Source: an uncultured Holophagales bacterium
Lineage (GTDB): Bacteria; Acidobacteriota; Thermoanaerobaculia; Multivoradales; UBA5704
Assembly: GCA_963842525.1 (NCBI GenBank)
Contig: CAWJGT010000006.1
Coordinates: 1 to 64,000 of the forward strand
DNA length: 64,000 nucleotides
Direction: 5' to 3'
Shown: positions 12,383 to 22,004 of the stretch, one piece after another
Position numbering within the stretch: the stretch's first letter is position 1
How the letters are laid out: every line of letters starts with the position of its first letter
Notes under the pieces: generated by a model
Databases searched by the model: none
Told to the model about the DNA's origin: nothing
What the model saw: the letters and a program-made list of their open reading frames with translations, nothing else
Position numbers and translations under genes: made by a program

Positions 12383-13264
12383 CTATATCGAGGACGGGGC
12401 GCCTGCGGGCACCTGGGCCGGGCGGCGGAGGGGGGTGGCGTTGCGCACCCGCAGGACGGCCGCGGCGAGCCGGCGCGGGCATTCCATGTGGACGGCGTGG
12501 CCGCAGCCCGGCAGGACCTCCAGGGTGGCGTTCGGCAGGGCGGCCAGCATCTGCCGGGCCGTCTCGAGCTGGAAGAGGCCGTCCTTCTCGCCCCAGATCA
12601 GCGCCGCCGGCATGCGCAATTGCCGGAGGTCCTCGTCGTCGAACGTGTCTTCCTCCGAGAGACTGTCCAGGACGCTGGTGACCGAGCGCGAGGTGTAGCC
12701 GCGGAGGAACGTGTTGCGCGAGCACTGCATATACCAGGGCACATGAACGAAGATGGCCGTGTAGAGGCGGTCGATGCCAGCGAGGTCGCGCACCCGCACC
12801 AGCGCTTCGATGGCCTCCCAGTCCTGATTGCGATAGCCGCCGGCGTCGATGAGGACGAGGCGGGAGACCAGGTCCGGCCGGCGCAGGGCGAGGCGGACGG
12901 CGAGCCAGCCGCCGAGGCTGAGCCCGGCGGCGGTGACCGGGCGGCCGGCGAATTCCTCTTCGAGCAATGCGGCGGTCACGTCCACTCCGTCGCGGATGCC
13001 GAGGCCGCCGTCCGGGACCCGCGAGCCGCCCAGCTCCGAAAGCTCCGGCACGATCAGCCGGCAGCGCCCGCGCAGGGCGAGCAGCACGGCGCCCCAGGTG
13101 GCCGCGACCGAGCCGAGGCCGTGGAGCAGCACCCAGGGCTCGCCACGGGCGGGGCCGAGCACCCAGTAGGCGACCGTGACCGGGCCGATCTGCAACCGGC
13201 GGCGCCTCGCTCCGGTGAAGAGGAGGACCAGGGTCGTGGCCAGGGTGACGAAATAGAGCGCCAT
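12383..13264 (-). CDS. Alpha/beta-fold hydrolase
   Basis: VLLHGLGS, nucleophile GLSLGG, IWGEKD, GCGHAVH. Confidence 0.88.
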   Translation of the reverse strand: MALYFVTLATTLVLLFTGARRRRLQIGPVTVAYWVLGPARGEPWVLLHGLGSVAATWGAVLLALRGRCRLIVPELSELGGSRVPDGGLGIRDGVDVTAALLEEEFAGRPVTAAGLSLGGWLAVRLALRRPDLVSRLVLIDAGGYRNQDWEAIEALVRVRDLAGIDRLYTAIFVHVPWYMQCSRNTFLRGYTSRSVTSVLDSLSEEDTFDDEDLRQLRMPAALIWGEKDGLFQLETARQMLAALPNATLEVLPGCGHAVHMECPRRLAAAVLRVRNATPLRRPAQVPAGAPSSI

Positions 13265-13342
13265 GGCTCAGGATACTCCAGGATGGCAGGGGAGAAACCC
13301 TGTCTGATCCGGGTTTGAGCAAAAGCCGGGCCAGGGTGTGAG

Positions 13343-13371
13343 TTGACCGGCCCGCGGGGCTATGGTAAGTT
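13343..13371 (+). promoter_or_regulatory. Sigma70-type promoter of the rplU operon
   Basis: TTGACC-N17-TAAGTT with a TGn extension. Confidence 0.55.
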
Positions 13372-13415
13372 CCGCCGTCCACGCGTCCCTCGCGACGACT
13401 CCAGGAGTGTCTCTC

Positions 13416-13751
13416 ATGTACGCAGTGATCGAAAGTGGTGGCAAGCAATACCGCGTCGCGCCCGGCGACGTGATCGACGTGGAGCTGCTCTCCGGGGCCG
13501 GCAACGGTGAGGGCCAGAGCCAGGAGGTCCGGTTCGACCGGGTCCTGCTCGTCTCCGGCGACAGCGGCCTCGAGGTCGGCAGCCCGTTGGTCGAGGGCGC
13601 GCTGGTCAAGGCCTCCTTCATGAACGCCGTGCGCGGTCCGAAGATCCGGGTCTTCAAGAGCAAGAAGCGCAAGGGATACCGGCGGACTGCGGGTCACCGG
13701 CAGAACCTGCACCGCATCCGTATCGACGGGATCGAGCTGCCGTCCCGGTAG
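13416..13751 (+). CDS. rplU: 50S ribosomal protein L21
   Basis: [14 protein letters not shown]...[13 protein letters not shown]. Confidence 0.97.
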   Translation: MYAVIESGGKQYRVAPGDVIDVELLSGAGNGEGQSQEVRFDRVLLVSGDSGLEVGSPLVEGALVKASFMNAVRGPKIRVFKSKKRKGYRRTAGHRQNLHRIRIDGIELPSR

Positions 13752-13797
13752 GGAGCGCGCCGAGCACGTCTGTCTTCCAGGGAAGGGAGCAAAGACC

Positions 13798-14073
13798 ATG
13801 GCACATAAAAAGGGACAGGGCTCCAGCCGCAACGGCCGCGACTCGAACGCGCAGCATCTGGGTGTCAAGGCCTTCGGAGGCCAGACCGTCCCGGGCGGCT
13901 CGATCATCGTGCGGCAGCGCGGCACCCGTTTCAATCCCGGCCTGAACGTCGGCCGTGGCAAGGACGATACCCTCTTCGCCAAGATGACCGGCATCGTGAA
14001 GTTCCAGGACAAGGGCCGCCGCGGGAAGTTCGTGCACATCCTGCCGCCCGAGCCCACCGAATCCGCCGGGTGA
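13798..14073 (+). CDS. rpmA: 50S ribosomal protein L27
   Basis: [24 protein letters not shown]...[10 protein letters not shown]. Confidence 0.98.
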   Translation: MAHKKGQGSSRNGRDSNAQHLGVKAFGGQTVPGGSIIVRQRGTRFNPGLNVGRGKDDTLFAKMTGIVKFQDKGRRGKFVHILPPEPTESAG

Positions 14074-14131
14074 CCGCCACCCCGCCGGCTCCTGGGTCAC
14101 CTCCGGAGCCGGCACCGGTTCTCTTCCGACC

Positions 14132-15157
14132 TTGATCTTCCTCGACGAAGCCACCATTCACGTCCGCGGCGGGCGCGGCGGGAACGGCTGTGTGGCCTTC
14201 CGCCGCGAGAAGTTCGTCCCGCGCGGCGGCCCCTCGGGCGGCGACGGCGGCGACGGCGGAACGGTCTGGCTGGTCGGCGAGGCCAGCCGCAACACGCTCT
14301 ACCATCTCCGGTTCGCCTCGCTCTACGGAGCCGAGCGCGGCCGTCACGGCGAGGGCTCGAACAAGGCCGGCCGGAGCGGCGACGACCTGGAGGTGCCGGT
14401 GCCGCTCGGCACGGTGGTCTATGAGCAGGAGACCGGCGAGATGCTCGGCGAGGTCCTGGAGGACGCCCAGCGCCTGCTCGTCGCCGGCGGCGGGCGTGGC
14501 GGGTGGGGCAATGCCCGCTTCGCCACGGCGACCCGCCAGGCGCCACGGCATGCGTATCCGGGCCGCGAGGGAGAGGAGCGGCGCCTCCGGCTGGAGCTCA
14601 AGCTCCTGGCCGACGTCGGCGTCGTCGGCCTGCCGAACGCCGGCAAGTCGACCCTGATCAGCGTCGTCTCGGCGGCGCGGCCGAAGATCGCCGACTACCC
14701 CTTCACCACCCTGGTGCCGCAGCTCGGCGTCGTCGCCGAGGGGCCGTTCGAGGAGCCCTTCGTGATCGCCGACCTGCCGGGACTGATCGCCGGCGCGGCG
14801 CAGGGGGCGGGCCTCGGCGTCCAGTTCCTCCGTCACGTCGAGCGCTGCCGCGTGCTGGTGCACCTGGTCGACCTCTCGGGAGCGGAAGGAGGGGAGGGAA
14901 GCGCGGTGACTGCAGGGAGCGACCTGGCCACGGTCGAGCGGGAGATGGAGGCGTTCAACCCGGACCTGATGCGCCGGCCGCGCCTGCTCGTGGGGAGCAA
15001 GCTCGATGCCGCGGTGCCGGAACGGCGGGAGGAGTTGCGGCGGGAAGCCGCCGAGCGCGGCCTGCCCTATCTGGAGATCAGCGCCGTCACCGGCGAAGGA
15101 GTCCGTGAGCTGATCGCCGCGATGGCGCGCCGGCTGGAGAAAGGCCCCCTCGCATGA
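14132..15157 (+). CDS. obgE: GTPase ObgE/CgtA
   Basis: FRREKFVPRGGPSGGDGG, GLPNAGKST, DYPFTT, DLPG, FLRHVER. Confidence 0.97.
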   Translation: MIFLDEATIHVRGGRGGNGCVAFRREKFVPRGGPSGGDGGDGGTVWLVGEASRNTLYHLRFASLYGAERGRHGEGSNKAGRSGDDLEVPVPLGTVVYEQETGEMLGEVLEDAQRLLVAGGGRGGWGNARFATATRQAPRHAYPGREGEERRLRLELKLLADVGVVGLPNAGKSTLISVVSAARPKIADYPFTTLVPQLGVVAEGPFEEPFVIADLPGLIAGAAQGAGLGVQFLRHVERCRVLVHLVDLSGAEGGEGSAVTAGSDLATVEREMEAFNPDLMRRPRLLVGSKLDAAVPERREELRREAAERGLPYLEISAVTGEGVRELIAAMARRLEKGPLA

Positions 15158-15756
15158 AGCTGGGCCTCTTCGGTGGCAGCTTCGATCCGATCCACCGCGG
15201 GCATATCGACCCGGTGCGGGAGGCGCGGCGGACCCTGGGGCTCGACCGGGTCCTCTATCTGCCGACGGCCCGGCCGCCGCACAAGCCCGGGCGGATCCTC
15301 ACGCCGGCCCACGCCCGCTATACCATGGTGGAGATGGCCCTGCTCGACGAGGAGGGGCTCTATGCCTCGACCCACGAGCTGACCCCGGACCGGCCGGCGT
15401 ACACGGTGGAGACCCTGGAGCACTTCCGGCGGACGCTTCCGGAGGCGGACCTCCACCTGCTGATCGGCAGCGATTCCTACGCCGACCTGCACCTCTGGGT
15501 CCGCTGGCGGGAGATCCCCGAGCTGGCGCGCCTGGTGGTGCTGGCGCGGCCCGGCTGGGAGCTGGAGGAGGGCTCCCTGCCGGAAGAGCTGGCGGCCCTG
15601 GCGCGGAGCGATCGCGTGATCCTCCTGCGGCAGCCGCCGGTCGACGTCTCCTCGACCCGTTTGCGGGAGCTGTTCGCGCGTGGCGAGCGGCCTCCCACGG
15701 GATGGGTCCCCGAGCTGGTGGTACGATACGTGCAAAAATACGACCTCTACAGATGA
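15154..15756 (+). CDS. nadD: Nicotinate-nucleotide adenylyltransferase
   Basis: GGSFDPIHRGH, PPHK, YTVETL, IGSDS, VSSTRLR. Confidence 0.95.
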   Translation: MKLGLFGGSFDPIHRGHIDPVREARRTLGLDRVLYLPTARPPHKPGRILTPAHARYTMVEMALLDEEGLYASTHELTPDRPAYTVETLEHFRRTLPEADLHLLIGSDSYADLHLWVRWREIPELARLVVLARPGWELEEGSLPEELAALARSDRVILLRQPPVDVSSTRLRELFARGERPPTGWVPELVVRYVQKYDLYR

Positions 15757-16133
15757 GAGCCGAACCAAAACCCACACCGATTCTGGATACGGTCAGCAGA
15801 GTTCGCGAGGCGGTCACCGCCGTCGACGACCGCAAGGCGGTCGACCTGAAGGTGCTGCACCTCGAGAAGGTCAGCGACTTCACCGACTACTTCCTGATCT
15901 GCAGCGGCACGAGCGAGCGCCATGTGCAGGCGATCGCCGACGCGGTGCAGGAGAGGCTGCGCGAGGAGCGCGTGCGTCCGCTGCACGTCGAGGGCTTCAA
16001 CCGCGCCCAGTGGGTGCTCCTCGACTACGGCGACTTCGTGGTCCACGTCTTCCAGGAAGAGCCGCGGCGCTTCTACTCCCTGGAGCGCCTCTGGGGAGAC
16101 GCCCCTGACGTGACGACCGAAGTCCGCTCGTGA
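15753..16133 (+). CDS. rsfS: Ribosome silencing factor
   Basis: DYFLICSGTSERHVQAIAD, WVLLDYGDFVVHVF, FYSLERLWGDA. Confidence 0.96.
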   Translation: MRAEPKPTPILDTVSRVREAVTAVDDRKAVDLKVLHLEKVSDFTDYFLICSGTSERHVQAIADAVQERLREERVRPLHVEGFNRAQWVLLDYGDFVVHVFQEEPRRFYSLERLWGDAPDVTTEVRS

Positions 16134-17041
16134 CGGCGCTCTCCCTCGCCAGGCTGGCGCACGACTTCCCCGCCCTGGCGGAGAGCCTGCGGGGGGCGGA
16201 GCGCGCCGCGGCAACCGATGCGCCGGTGCTGATCGTGGGCGAGCCGGGGAGTGGCCGGTCGGCCCTCGCCCGGGCCTTCCACGCCGCCAGCCGCCGCGCC
16301 GGCGGTCCGCTGGTGGAGGTCGACCCGGGCGCGGTCCCCAGTACCCTGTTCGAGAGCGAGCTCTTCGGCTACCGGGCTGGCGCGTTCACCGGCGCCGACC
16401 GGTCCGGCGAAGGACGGGTGGCCCGCGCCGAAGGTGGAACGCTGCTCCTCGACCACGTCGAGGAGCTGCCGATCGCGGCCCAGCCCAAGCTCCTGCGGCT
16501 GGTGGCGGAGCGGCGTTATGCCCCGCTGGGCGGCGCCGAGGTCGAGGCGGACGTGCGCTTCCTGGCCATCGCCGGCGAGGACCTCCCGCGCCGCGTGGCG
16601 CGCGAGACCTTCCGGCCGGACCTCTACTACCGTTTGGAAGTCCTGGCGTTCCGGGTGCCGCCGCTGCGCGAGCGCCGCCGGGACCTGCCGGCGGTCCTCG
16701 ACCATCTCCTCTCCGACCTCGGCGAGCGCTTCGGGCGGCCGGGCCTGGAGCTCGCCCCCGGCGCCCACGCCTGGATCCTGGAGCATCCCTGGCCGGGCAA
16801 CCTGCGGCAGGTGCGCAACGTCCTCGAGCGCAGCCTGATCCTCTCCGGCGAGGGCCCGCTCGATCCGCTGCCGCCCGAGGGCACCATGGAGGCGCGTCCC
16901 CGTCCCCTCCTGGAGGTCGAGAAGGAGCTGATCCGCAACGCCCTCGCCTACACCCGAGGCCACCAGGGCCGCGCCGCCGAGCTGCTCGGCATCAGCCGCA
17001 AGGCGCTGTGGGAAAAACGGAAGCGGTATGGGATCCCCTGA
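16130..17041 (+). CDS. Sigma54-interacting AAA+ regulator with Fis HTH and no input domain; Walker motifs deviant
   Basis: ESELFG, GAFTGA, FRPDLYYRL, WPGNLRQV, C-terminal HTH AAELLGISRKALWEK. Confidence 0.85.
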   Translation: MTALSLARLAHDFPALAESLRGAERAAATDAPVLIVGEPGSGRSALARAFHAASRRAGGPLVEVDPGAVPSTLFESELFGYRAGAFTGADRSGEGRVARAEGGTLLLDHVEELPIAAQPKLLRLVAERRYAPLGGAEVEADVRFLAIAGEDLPRRVARETFRPDLYYRLEVLAFRVPPLRERRRDLPAVLDHLLSDLGERFGRPGLELAPGAHAWILEHPWPGNLRQVRNVLERSLILSGEGPLDPLPPEGTMEARPRPLLEVEKELIRNALAYTRGHQGRAAELLGISRKALWEKRKRYGIP

Positions 17042-17042
17042 G

Positions 17043-17099
17043 CCCTCACCCCCCGGCCCCCTCTCCCATCCGCACTCCTTTCCCCCGGGAGAGGGGGAG
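17043..17099 (+). repeat. REP-like palindromic element, copy 1
   Basis: CCCTCACCCCCCGGCCCCCTCTCCC...GGGAGAGGGGGAG; related copies at 46295, 51366, 51453 and 57998. Confidence 0.85.
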
Positions 17100-17103
17100 A
17101 AAT

Positions 17104-17505
17104 TCAGGCGACCGCACCCCAATCGAGGACCTGGAGAATCGGAACGGCAGGCGGATCGCCGTCGGGCGCGTCGAGCCAGAGCTGCCAGGCACGAACAGCT
17201 TCCAGCAGGCCCGCGATGTCCAAGCCCCAGGCGGCCGGAGCATAGGGCTCCAGGCGGCTCCGTGCTTTGGAGAAGGTACGGATGGGGCCGTTCGTGCGAT
17301 GAAGGTCGTGGAATTGATGGAGGGCGGCGGCGACTTGAATGAGCCCCTGAAAGAGCTCGCGCGGCTCAGGCATATTGGAGCGCCAGATGTCCTCCCATAC
17401 CTCGTGCGCCGCGTAGTGCTCGCCGCGGTTGAAAAGGTCGATCCCTTGGTGGAAGAGACGCCGCCGCTCGTCGACGGACAGGACGGGGTGGAGCTCCCGG
17501 CTCAC
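17104..17505 (-). CDS. DUF309 family protein
   Basis: GIDLFNRGEHYAAHEVWEDIW...LFQGLIQVAAALH. Confidence 0.88.
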   Translation of the reverse strand: MSRELHPVLSVDERRRLFHQGIDLFNRGEHYAAHEVWEDIWRSNMPEPRELFQGLIQVAAALHQFHDLHRTNGPIRTFSKARSRLEPYAPAAWGLDIAGLLEAVRAWQLWLDAPDGDPPAVPILQVLDWGAVA

Positions 17506-18596
17506 TAGAACCCGTATTCGCTCTTGCGTCCCTGCTGCCCTTCCGGATCGCTGAGCGTCTCGAGCAGTTCGAGAGGGATGCTCAGGCCGGGCTGGACGCG
17601 CTTGCAGAGGCCGCGCAGGCGGCGGAGCTCCACTTCGGGCAGGGAACTGAAGGCCTCGACGACCTCGGGATCGAGCTGCAGGCTGGCGACGCGCTGCAGC
17701 TCGGCGACGGCCTGCTGGTGGCTGCGCGCCCGGCGGTAGGGCCGGTCCGAGGTGATGGCGTCGTAGGCGTCGACCACGGCGAAGATGCGGGCGCCGAGGG
17801 GGATCTCCTCCTCGGACAGGCCGCGCGGATAGCCGTGGCCGTCCCAGCGCTCGTGGTGGCTGTAGACGATGTCGAGCGCGGCCGGCTGCAGGAAGCGGAC
17901 CTCGGCGAGCATGTCGTAGCCCCAGCCGGGGTGCTGCTTCATGATCATCCACTCCTCCTCGGTGAGCGGGCCGACCTTGCGCAGGATCTGGTCGGGCACC
18001 ACCATCTTGCCCACGTCGTGGAGGAGCGCGCCCCATTCGATCGCCTTGAGGATGTCCCCCCGGCAGCCCATGGACCGGGCCAGGGCGACTGCGTAGAGGG
18101 CGACCCGGAACGAGTGGCCGGTGGTCTCGTGGTCGCGGGCGTCGGCCGCCGTGACCACGGCGCCCACGGCCTCGACATAGGAGCGCTCGCGGGCGAGCCG
18201 CGACTCCTCCAGCGAGACGACCAGCGAACGGAAGGTCTCTTCGATGAGCTTGACCTCGCCGCCGCCGCCCGCGCTCGGGAAGTCGCTCAGGATCTCGCCG
18301 GTGGCAGCCATGCACGACATCGTATGGGCCAGCTTCTTGAGCGGGAGGGTGATCCGTCGCACGACCAGCCAGGCGGCCACCGCGGCCAGGGCTCCGGCCG
18401 AGAGGGCGATGACCAGGATCCAGCCGATCTGGCGGGTGAGCGGATCGTCGCCCGCGGCCGTGACCAGCCGCCCGACGAGGAGCAGCGCGATCAGCGAAAC
18501 GCCGGCCGCGATCGTGGTGGTATAGAGGAAGACCTTGGCGCGCAGATTCAATTCGGAGTGCTCCAGATGCTTCGATGCCTGCGCCGACGTCTTCAC
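17505..18596 (-). CDS. Membrane HAMP + HD-GYP phosphodiesterase
   Basis: Two TM helices and a HAMP; D...T.GHSFRV, LLHDVGK, HHERWDGHGYPRGL, DAYDAITSDRPYR. Confidence 0.92.
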   Translation of the reverse strand: MKTSAQASKHLEHSELNLRAKVFLYTTTIAAGVSLIALLLVGRLVTAAGDDPLTRQIGWILVIALSAGALAAVAAWLVVRRITLPLKKLAHTMSCMAATGEILSDFPSAGGGGEVKLIEETFRSLVVSLEESRLARERSYVEAVGAVVTAADARDHETTGHSFRVALYAVALARSMGCRGDILKAIEWGALLHDVGKMVVPDQILRKVGPLTEEEWMIMKQHPGWGYDMLAEVRFLQPAALDIVYSHHERWDGHGYPRGLSEEEIPLGARIFAVVDAYDAITSDRPYRRARSHQQAVAELQRVASLQLDPEVVEAFSSLPEVELRRLRGLCKRVQPGLSIPLELLETLSDPEGQQGRKSEYGF

Positions 18597-18823
18597 GGGT
18601 TGGTGAAATCGCTCTAGCGCTTCTGCGAAAGTGGATGGAGTATACGTCAAACCTCGACGGTTCGGGAGACCCGAACGGGAGCGCCGGCGGAGAGGTGAAC
18701 GAAAGCTGTGAGGACGCATCTATCCTTACTGGTGCTCCTCAGGCCCGAAGGCGATCCTTTGTTGTGCGGGTCTCCTGGTAGCATGGGCTTCCCATGAGGC
18801 ATTTTGCTTTTCATCATGCGCAG

Positions 18824-20271
18824 ATGCGGGGTTTCGCCATCCTCGCCGTCGTCCTCGCTCTGGGGTCCGGGGCCGGGGAGGCTGCTCCCTTGGCCCACGA
18901 GATCGCCGCGGGCCTGGCGCGGCTGGGACCGCGGCCGGAGGGTCCGGCTGGAGCACAGGAGCGGGCCGTCGCGCTGCTGCGGCGCGCGATGGAGCGAGCG
19001 GGCCTCAGGGAAATCCGGGCCGTCCCCGTCCGCACGCGGCCGTCGGTGATCAACATCGAAGGGGTGCTGCCCGGCCGGGAAGGTCCGCAGGGCCAGGAGA
19101 TCGTGCTTTCGGCGCACTACGACACGGTGCCGAAGAGCCCGGGCGCGGGCGACGACGCCTCCGGGTGCGGCGTGGTGCTGGCCGCGGTGGCCGATCTCGC
19201 CCGCACGCCGTTGCGCCACAGCGTGCGCGTGGTGCTCTTCGACGGCGAGGAGCTGGGGCTTCTGGGGAGCCGCGGCTGGGTCGAAGCGCTTCCTCCAGCC
19301 CGGCGCGAGCGCATCCTGGCCAACCTGACCATCGAGATGGTGGGCTGGGCGGGGAGCGCCGGGCCGACGATCCACACCTTTCCGGTACGGCGCGGTGTTG
19401 AGCGGGGTGAGCGGGGTGAGCGGGGCCGGCGGACGGTGGCGCCGGGCTGGCTGGTGCATGCGCTCCTGCAGAGCGGCCGGCAGATCGGCTGGGAGTGGTC
19501 CATGACCGACGCCCGGGCTCCGTTCCTCTGGCAACTGATGTTGCGCTCGGTCCGGCTCCCGCTCGGCGCCGACAGCGACAGCTTCCTGGCGCAGGGGATC
19601 CCCGCGGTGGCCCTCTCGGACACTTCGCTCCTGTCGTTCGATCCCGCCTACCACCGGCCGACCGACGTGGCGGCGCGCCTCGACGCACCCGTCTGGAAGC
19701 GTGGACCCGCGCCGTGGCCGCCGCCGTCCGCCGGCTGGATGTGCTGGCCGGCCGGCCCCTGCCGGAGGACCAGTACCTGGTTCTCTTCGGCCGCGTCTGG
19801 CTCCGGCGCGACCTGCTGTGGATCGGCTTCGTGGTCTGGGTGGCCCTGGTCTTCGCGGGACGGCGGCCCGGCCGCTGGCGTGGCGCCACGAGCGAAGAGA
19901 AGGTCCGGCAGCAGCGGACCTACATCCCCGGCTACATCTTCCGGGTGCTCCTGTTGCTGGCACTGTTCCTGGCGCCCGTCTTTTCGGTGCTCCTCCTCCC
20001 GGCCGCGCTCATCGCCCTGCTGCCGGAGCGCTGGCGCCGGCCGCGCTGGCTCTGGATCCTGGTCGGGCTCCTCCCTCTCCTGATCTATCTGGGAGCTTTG
20101 GGAGGCGCTTTTGCCGTGGGCCTCGCGTACTGGAAGGCGGGCTACCTGGCAGGCTGGTGGACGGCGGTGCTGCTCCTCGCCACCTTTGCGGCCTGGACGG
20201 TGGCGATGGGCCGGCGGAGCCAGCCGGCCGTCGCGGAGCCCGCTCCCATCCCCTCCCCGCCGGTGGCCTGA
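18824..20271 (+). CDS. M28-family metallopeptidase with a C-terminal multi-TM domain (frameshift near 19,690)
   Basis: Signal peptide; LSAHYDT, GAGDDASG, FDGEELGLLGS, YH. The membrane tail continues in ORF 19495-20271. Confidence 0.82.
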
Positions 20272-20277
20272 AAGGTA

Positions 20278-20479
20278 TCAGCGCTGGTAGGCGGAGTCGT
20301 GGTCGGGATGTAAGGAGAGGAGCCGGAGAAAATCTCCGTCGCGGTAGGCGATCGCGCGGACCTTCCGGCTCAGCCGAATCGAGCAGGCCTTGGCTCCCGT
20401 CGGAGTCCGGATATGGTAAGGCTTCCTGGAGCTCGGCGCTGTTGAGGTCCAACCGGATCGGGCTACTCCGACCGGCCAC
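20278..20479 (-). pseudogene. RelE-like toxin remnant with an internal deletion or frameshift
   Basis: N-terminus MAGRSSPIRLDLNSAELQEAL; C-terminus in another frame SIRLSRKVRAIAYRDGDFLRLLSLHPDHDSAYQR*. Only about 200 nt in total. Confidence 0.6.
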
Positions 20480-20767
20480 CCGAGCGCTTTCTACCGGACC
20501 GGCGGTCACGCTCGGCGAGGAGCTCGTCGAGGTCAGTTTCAGCGGGTGGGTTGGCTGCCGCCCAGGCGAGCCCGCGCTCGATCGCTGAACGATGGGGTTC
20601 CTGGAGGGTCCAGAGCTGGCTTTCCGGAATCGCAGCGACCGGCGTGAGCAGAATGCTGCCGTCCTCCCGCCGCTCCAGACGGAGCGTCTTTCCAGCGTAG
20701 GTCTTGCCCAGCGATACCTCTCCGCTCTTGCCGACGGTCTTGATCTCTGTTGCGGTCTGGGGCTCAT
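20463..20767 (-). CDS. AbrB-like antitoxin (1-nt slip in a C-run just after the ATG)
   Basis: QTATEIKTVGKSGEVSLGKTYAGKTLRLERREDGSILLTPVAAIPESQLW...AWAAANPPAETDLDELL; it overlaps the toxin start, and TACAAT lies upstream. Confidence 0.65.
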
Positions 20768-20817
20768 AACCACACCTTCGTGGAGATTGTAGCGCACGCC
20801 CGTGCTTCCCAGGCGCC

Positions 20818-21978
20818 CTATCCCCCCGCCAGCTCCTTGAGCACTCCGATCGCGTGCTCCAGCTCCGCCTCGGTGTTGTAGAAGTGCGGGGAGAGGCGGA
20901 TGCCGGCGCGGGGACGGTAGTCGCACATGATCTCGCGGGCGATCAGCTCCTTGCAGAGGCGCTCAGCGTTTTCGTGCCAGACCGAGACGGTGCCGCCCCG
21001 ATGTTTGGGATCCCGCGGGGTGCGCACCTCGAAGCCGGCTTTTTCGGCCAGGTCGATCAGATACTGGGTGAGGGCCAGGGAACGCTCGCGGATCTTCCGG
21101 ATGCCGATGCCGGAGACGATCCGATAGCCGGGCCGGCAGGAGAAGAGGGCCGGGATATTCGGCGTGCCGGTCAGGAACCGCCAGTTGGGCTCCTTCCGGT
21201 AGCGGATCGCGCCGGGACGGAAGGCGAAGGGCTCCTCGTCCGCCTGCCAGCCGACGAAGGACGGCTCGAGGGTTTCCGCGATCTCCGGGTTGACCCAGAG
21301 GTAGCCGGCGCCCGGGCCGCCGCAGAGCCATTTGACCGAGCCTCCCACGGCGCCGTGGACTCCCCAGGCCTCCAACTCGATCGGCACCGCGCCGGTCGAC
21401 TGGTAGACGTCGAGGAGCATCAGGGCTCCAACCTCGCGGCAGCGGCGGGCGATCGCCTGCGCGTCCTGCACATAGGCGCTGCGGAAGAGGGTGTGGGAGA
21501 CCGGCACCAGCCGGGTCCGCTCGTCGATCGCCGCAAGCAGCCGCTCGGTCGGGACGCCGATCCCGTCGTCTGACGGGACGACCACGACCTCGGCCCCCTT
21601 CCGCCGCTCCCCGTCCAGCAGGTAGGTGACGTTCGGGAAGTTCAGCTCCTCATAGACGATGCGGTTCCTCTCCGGCGGATAGTCGATGCAGGAGAGGAAG
21701 ATGGCCGCCGCGACCGAGACGTTCTGGTGCATGGAGACGGCTCCTGGCCGCACGCCCAGGAGGGGCGCCAGGAGGTCGCCGGTCGTGGCGGCCATCTCCC
21801 ACCACCCCTCGTGCCAGGCGCGCACGCCGCGCTCCTCCCACTGGTGGGCGAACGTGGACAGCTCGTCGTGCACCTGCCGCGGCATGGCGCCCAGGGAGTT
21901 GTTGATCAGATAGGTCGTATGCTCCAGGATCGGGAACTCGGAGCGCAGCGCTAGCAGGTCGTCGTGCGGGGCGGCCAT
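20818..21978 (-). CDS. Kynureninase-like class V PLP-dependent enzyme
   Basis: YLINNSLGAMP, LDVYQSTG, GGSVKWLCGGPG (PLP lysine), IRLSPHFYNT. Confidence 0.85.
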   Translation of the reverse strand: MAAPHDDLLALRSEFPILEHTTYLINNSLGAMPRQVHDELSTFAHQWEERGVRAWHEGWWEMAATTGDLLAPLLGVRPGAVSMHQNVSVAAAIFLSCIDYPPERNRIVYEELNFPNVTYLLDGERRKGAEVVVVPSDDGIGVPTERLLAAIDERTRLVPVSHTLFRSAYVQDAQAIARRCREVGALMLLDVYQSTGAVPIELEAWGVHGAVGGSVKWLCGGPGAGYLWVNPEIAETLEPSFVGWQADEEPFAFRPGAIRYRKEPNWRFLTGTPNIPALFSCRPGYRIVSGIGIRKIRERSLALTQYLIDLAEKAGFEVRTPRDPKHRGGTVSVWHENAERLCKELIAREIMCDYRPRAGIRLSPHFYNTEAELEHAIGVLKELAGG

Positions 21979-22004
21979 TCATCGTCCTCCGGAAGGAAAG
22001 GTGC

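Noticed and set aside
18640-18760. Assignment as a c-di-GMP-I, glycine or ZTP riboswitch, SRP RNA or 6S RNA
   Set aside because: Only partial motif resemblances; the diagnostic cores are missing. Kept as an unassigned structured region.
19399-19426. 9-bp repeat (GAGCGGGGT x3) in the M28 gene
   Set aside because: Short in-frame GER microsatellite with no evidence of function.
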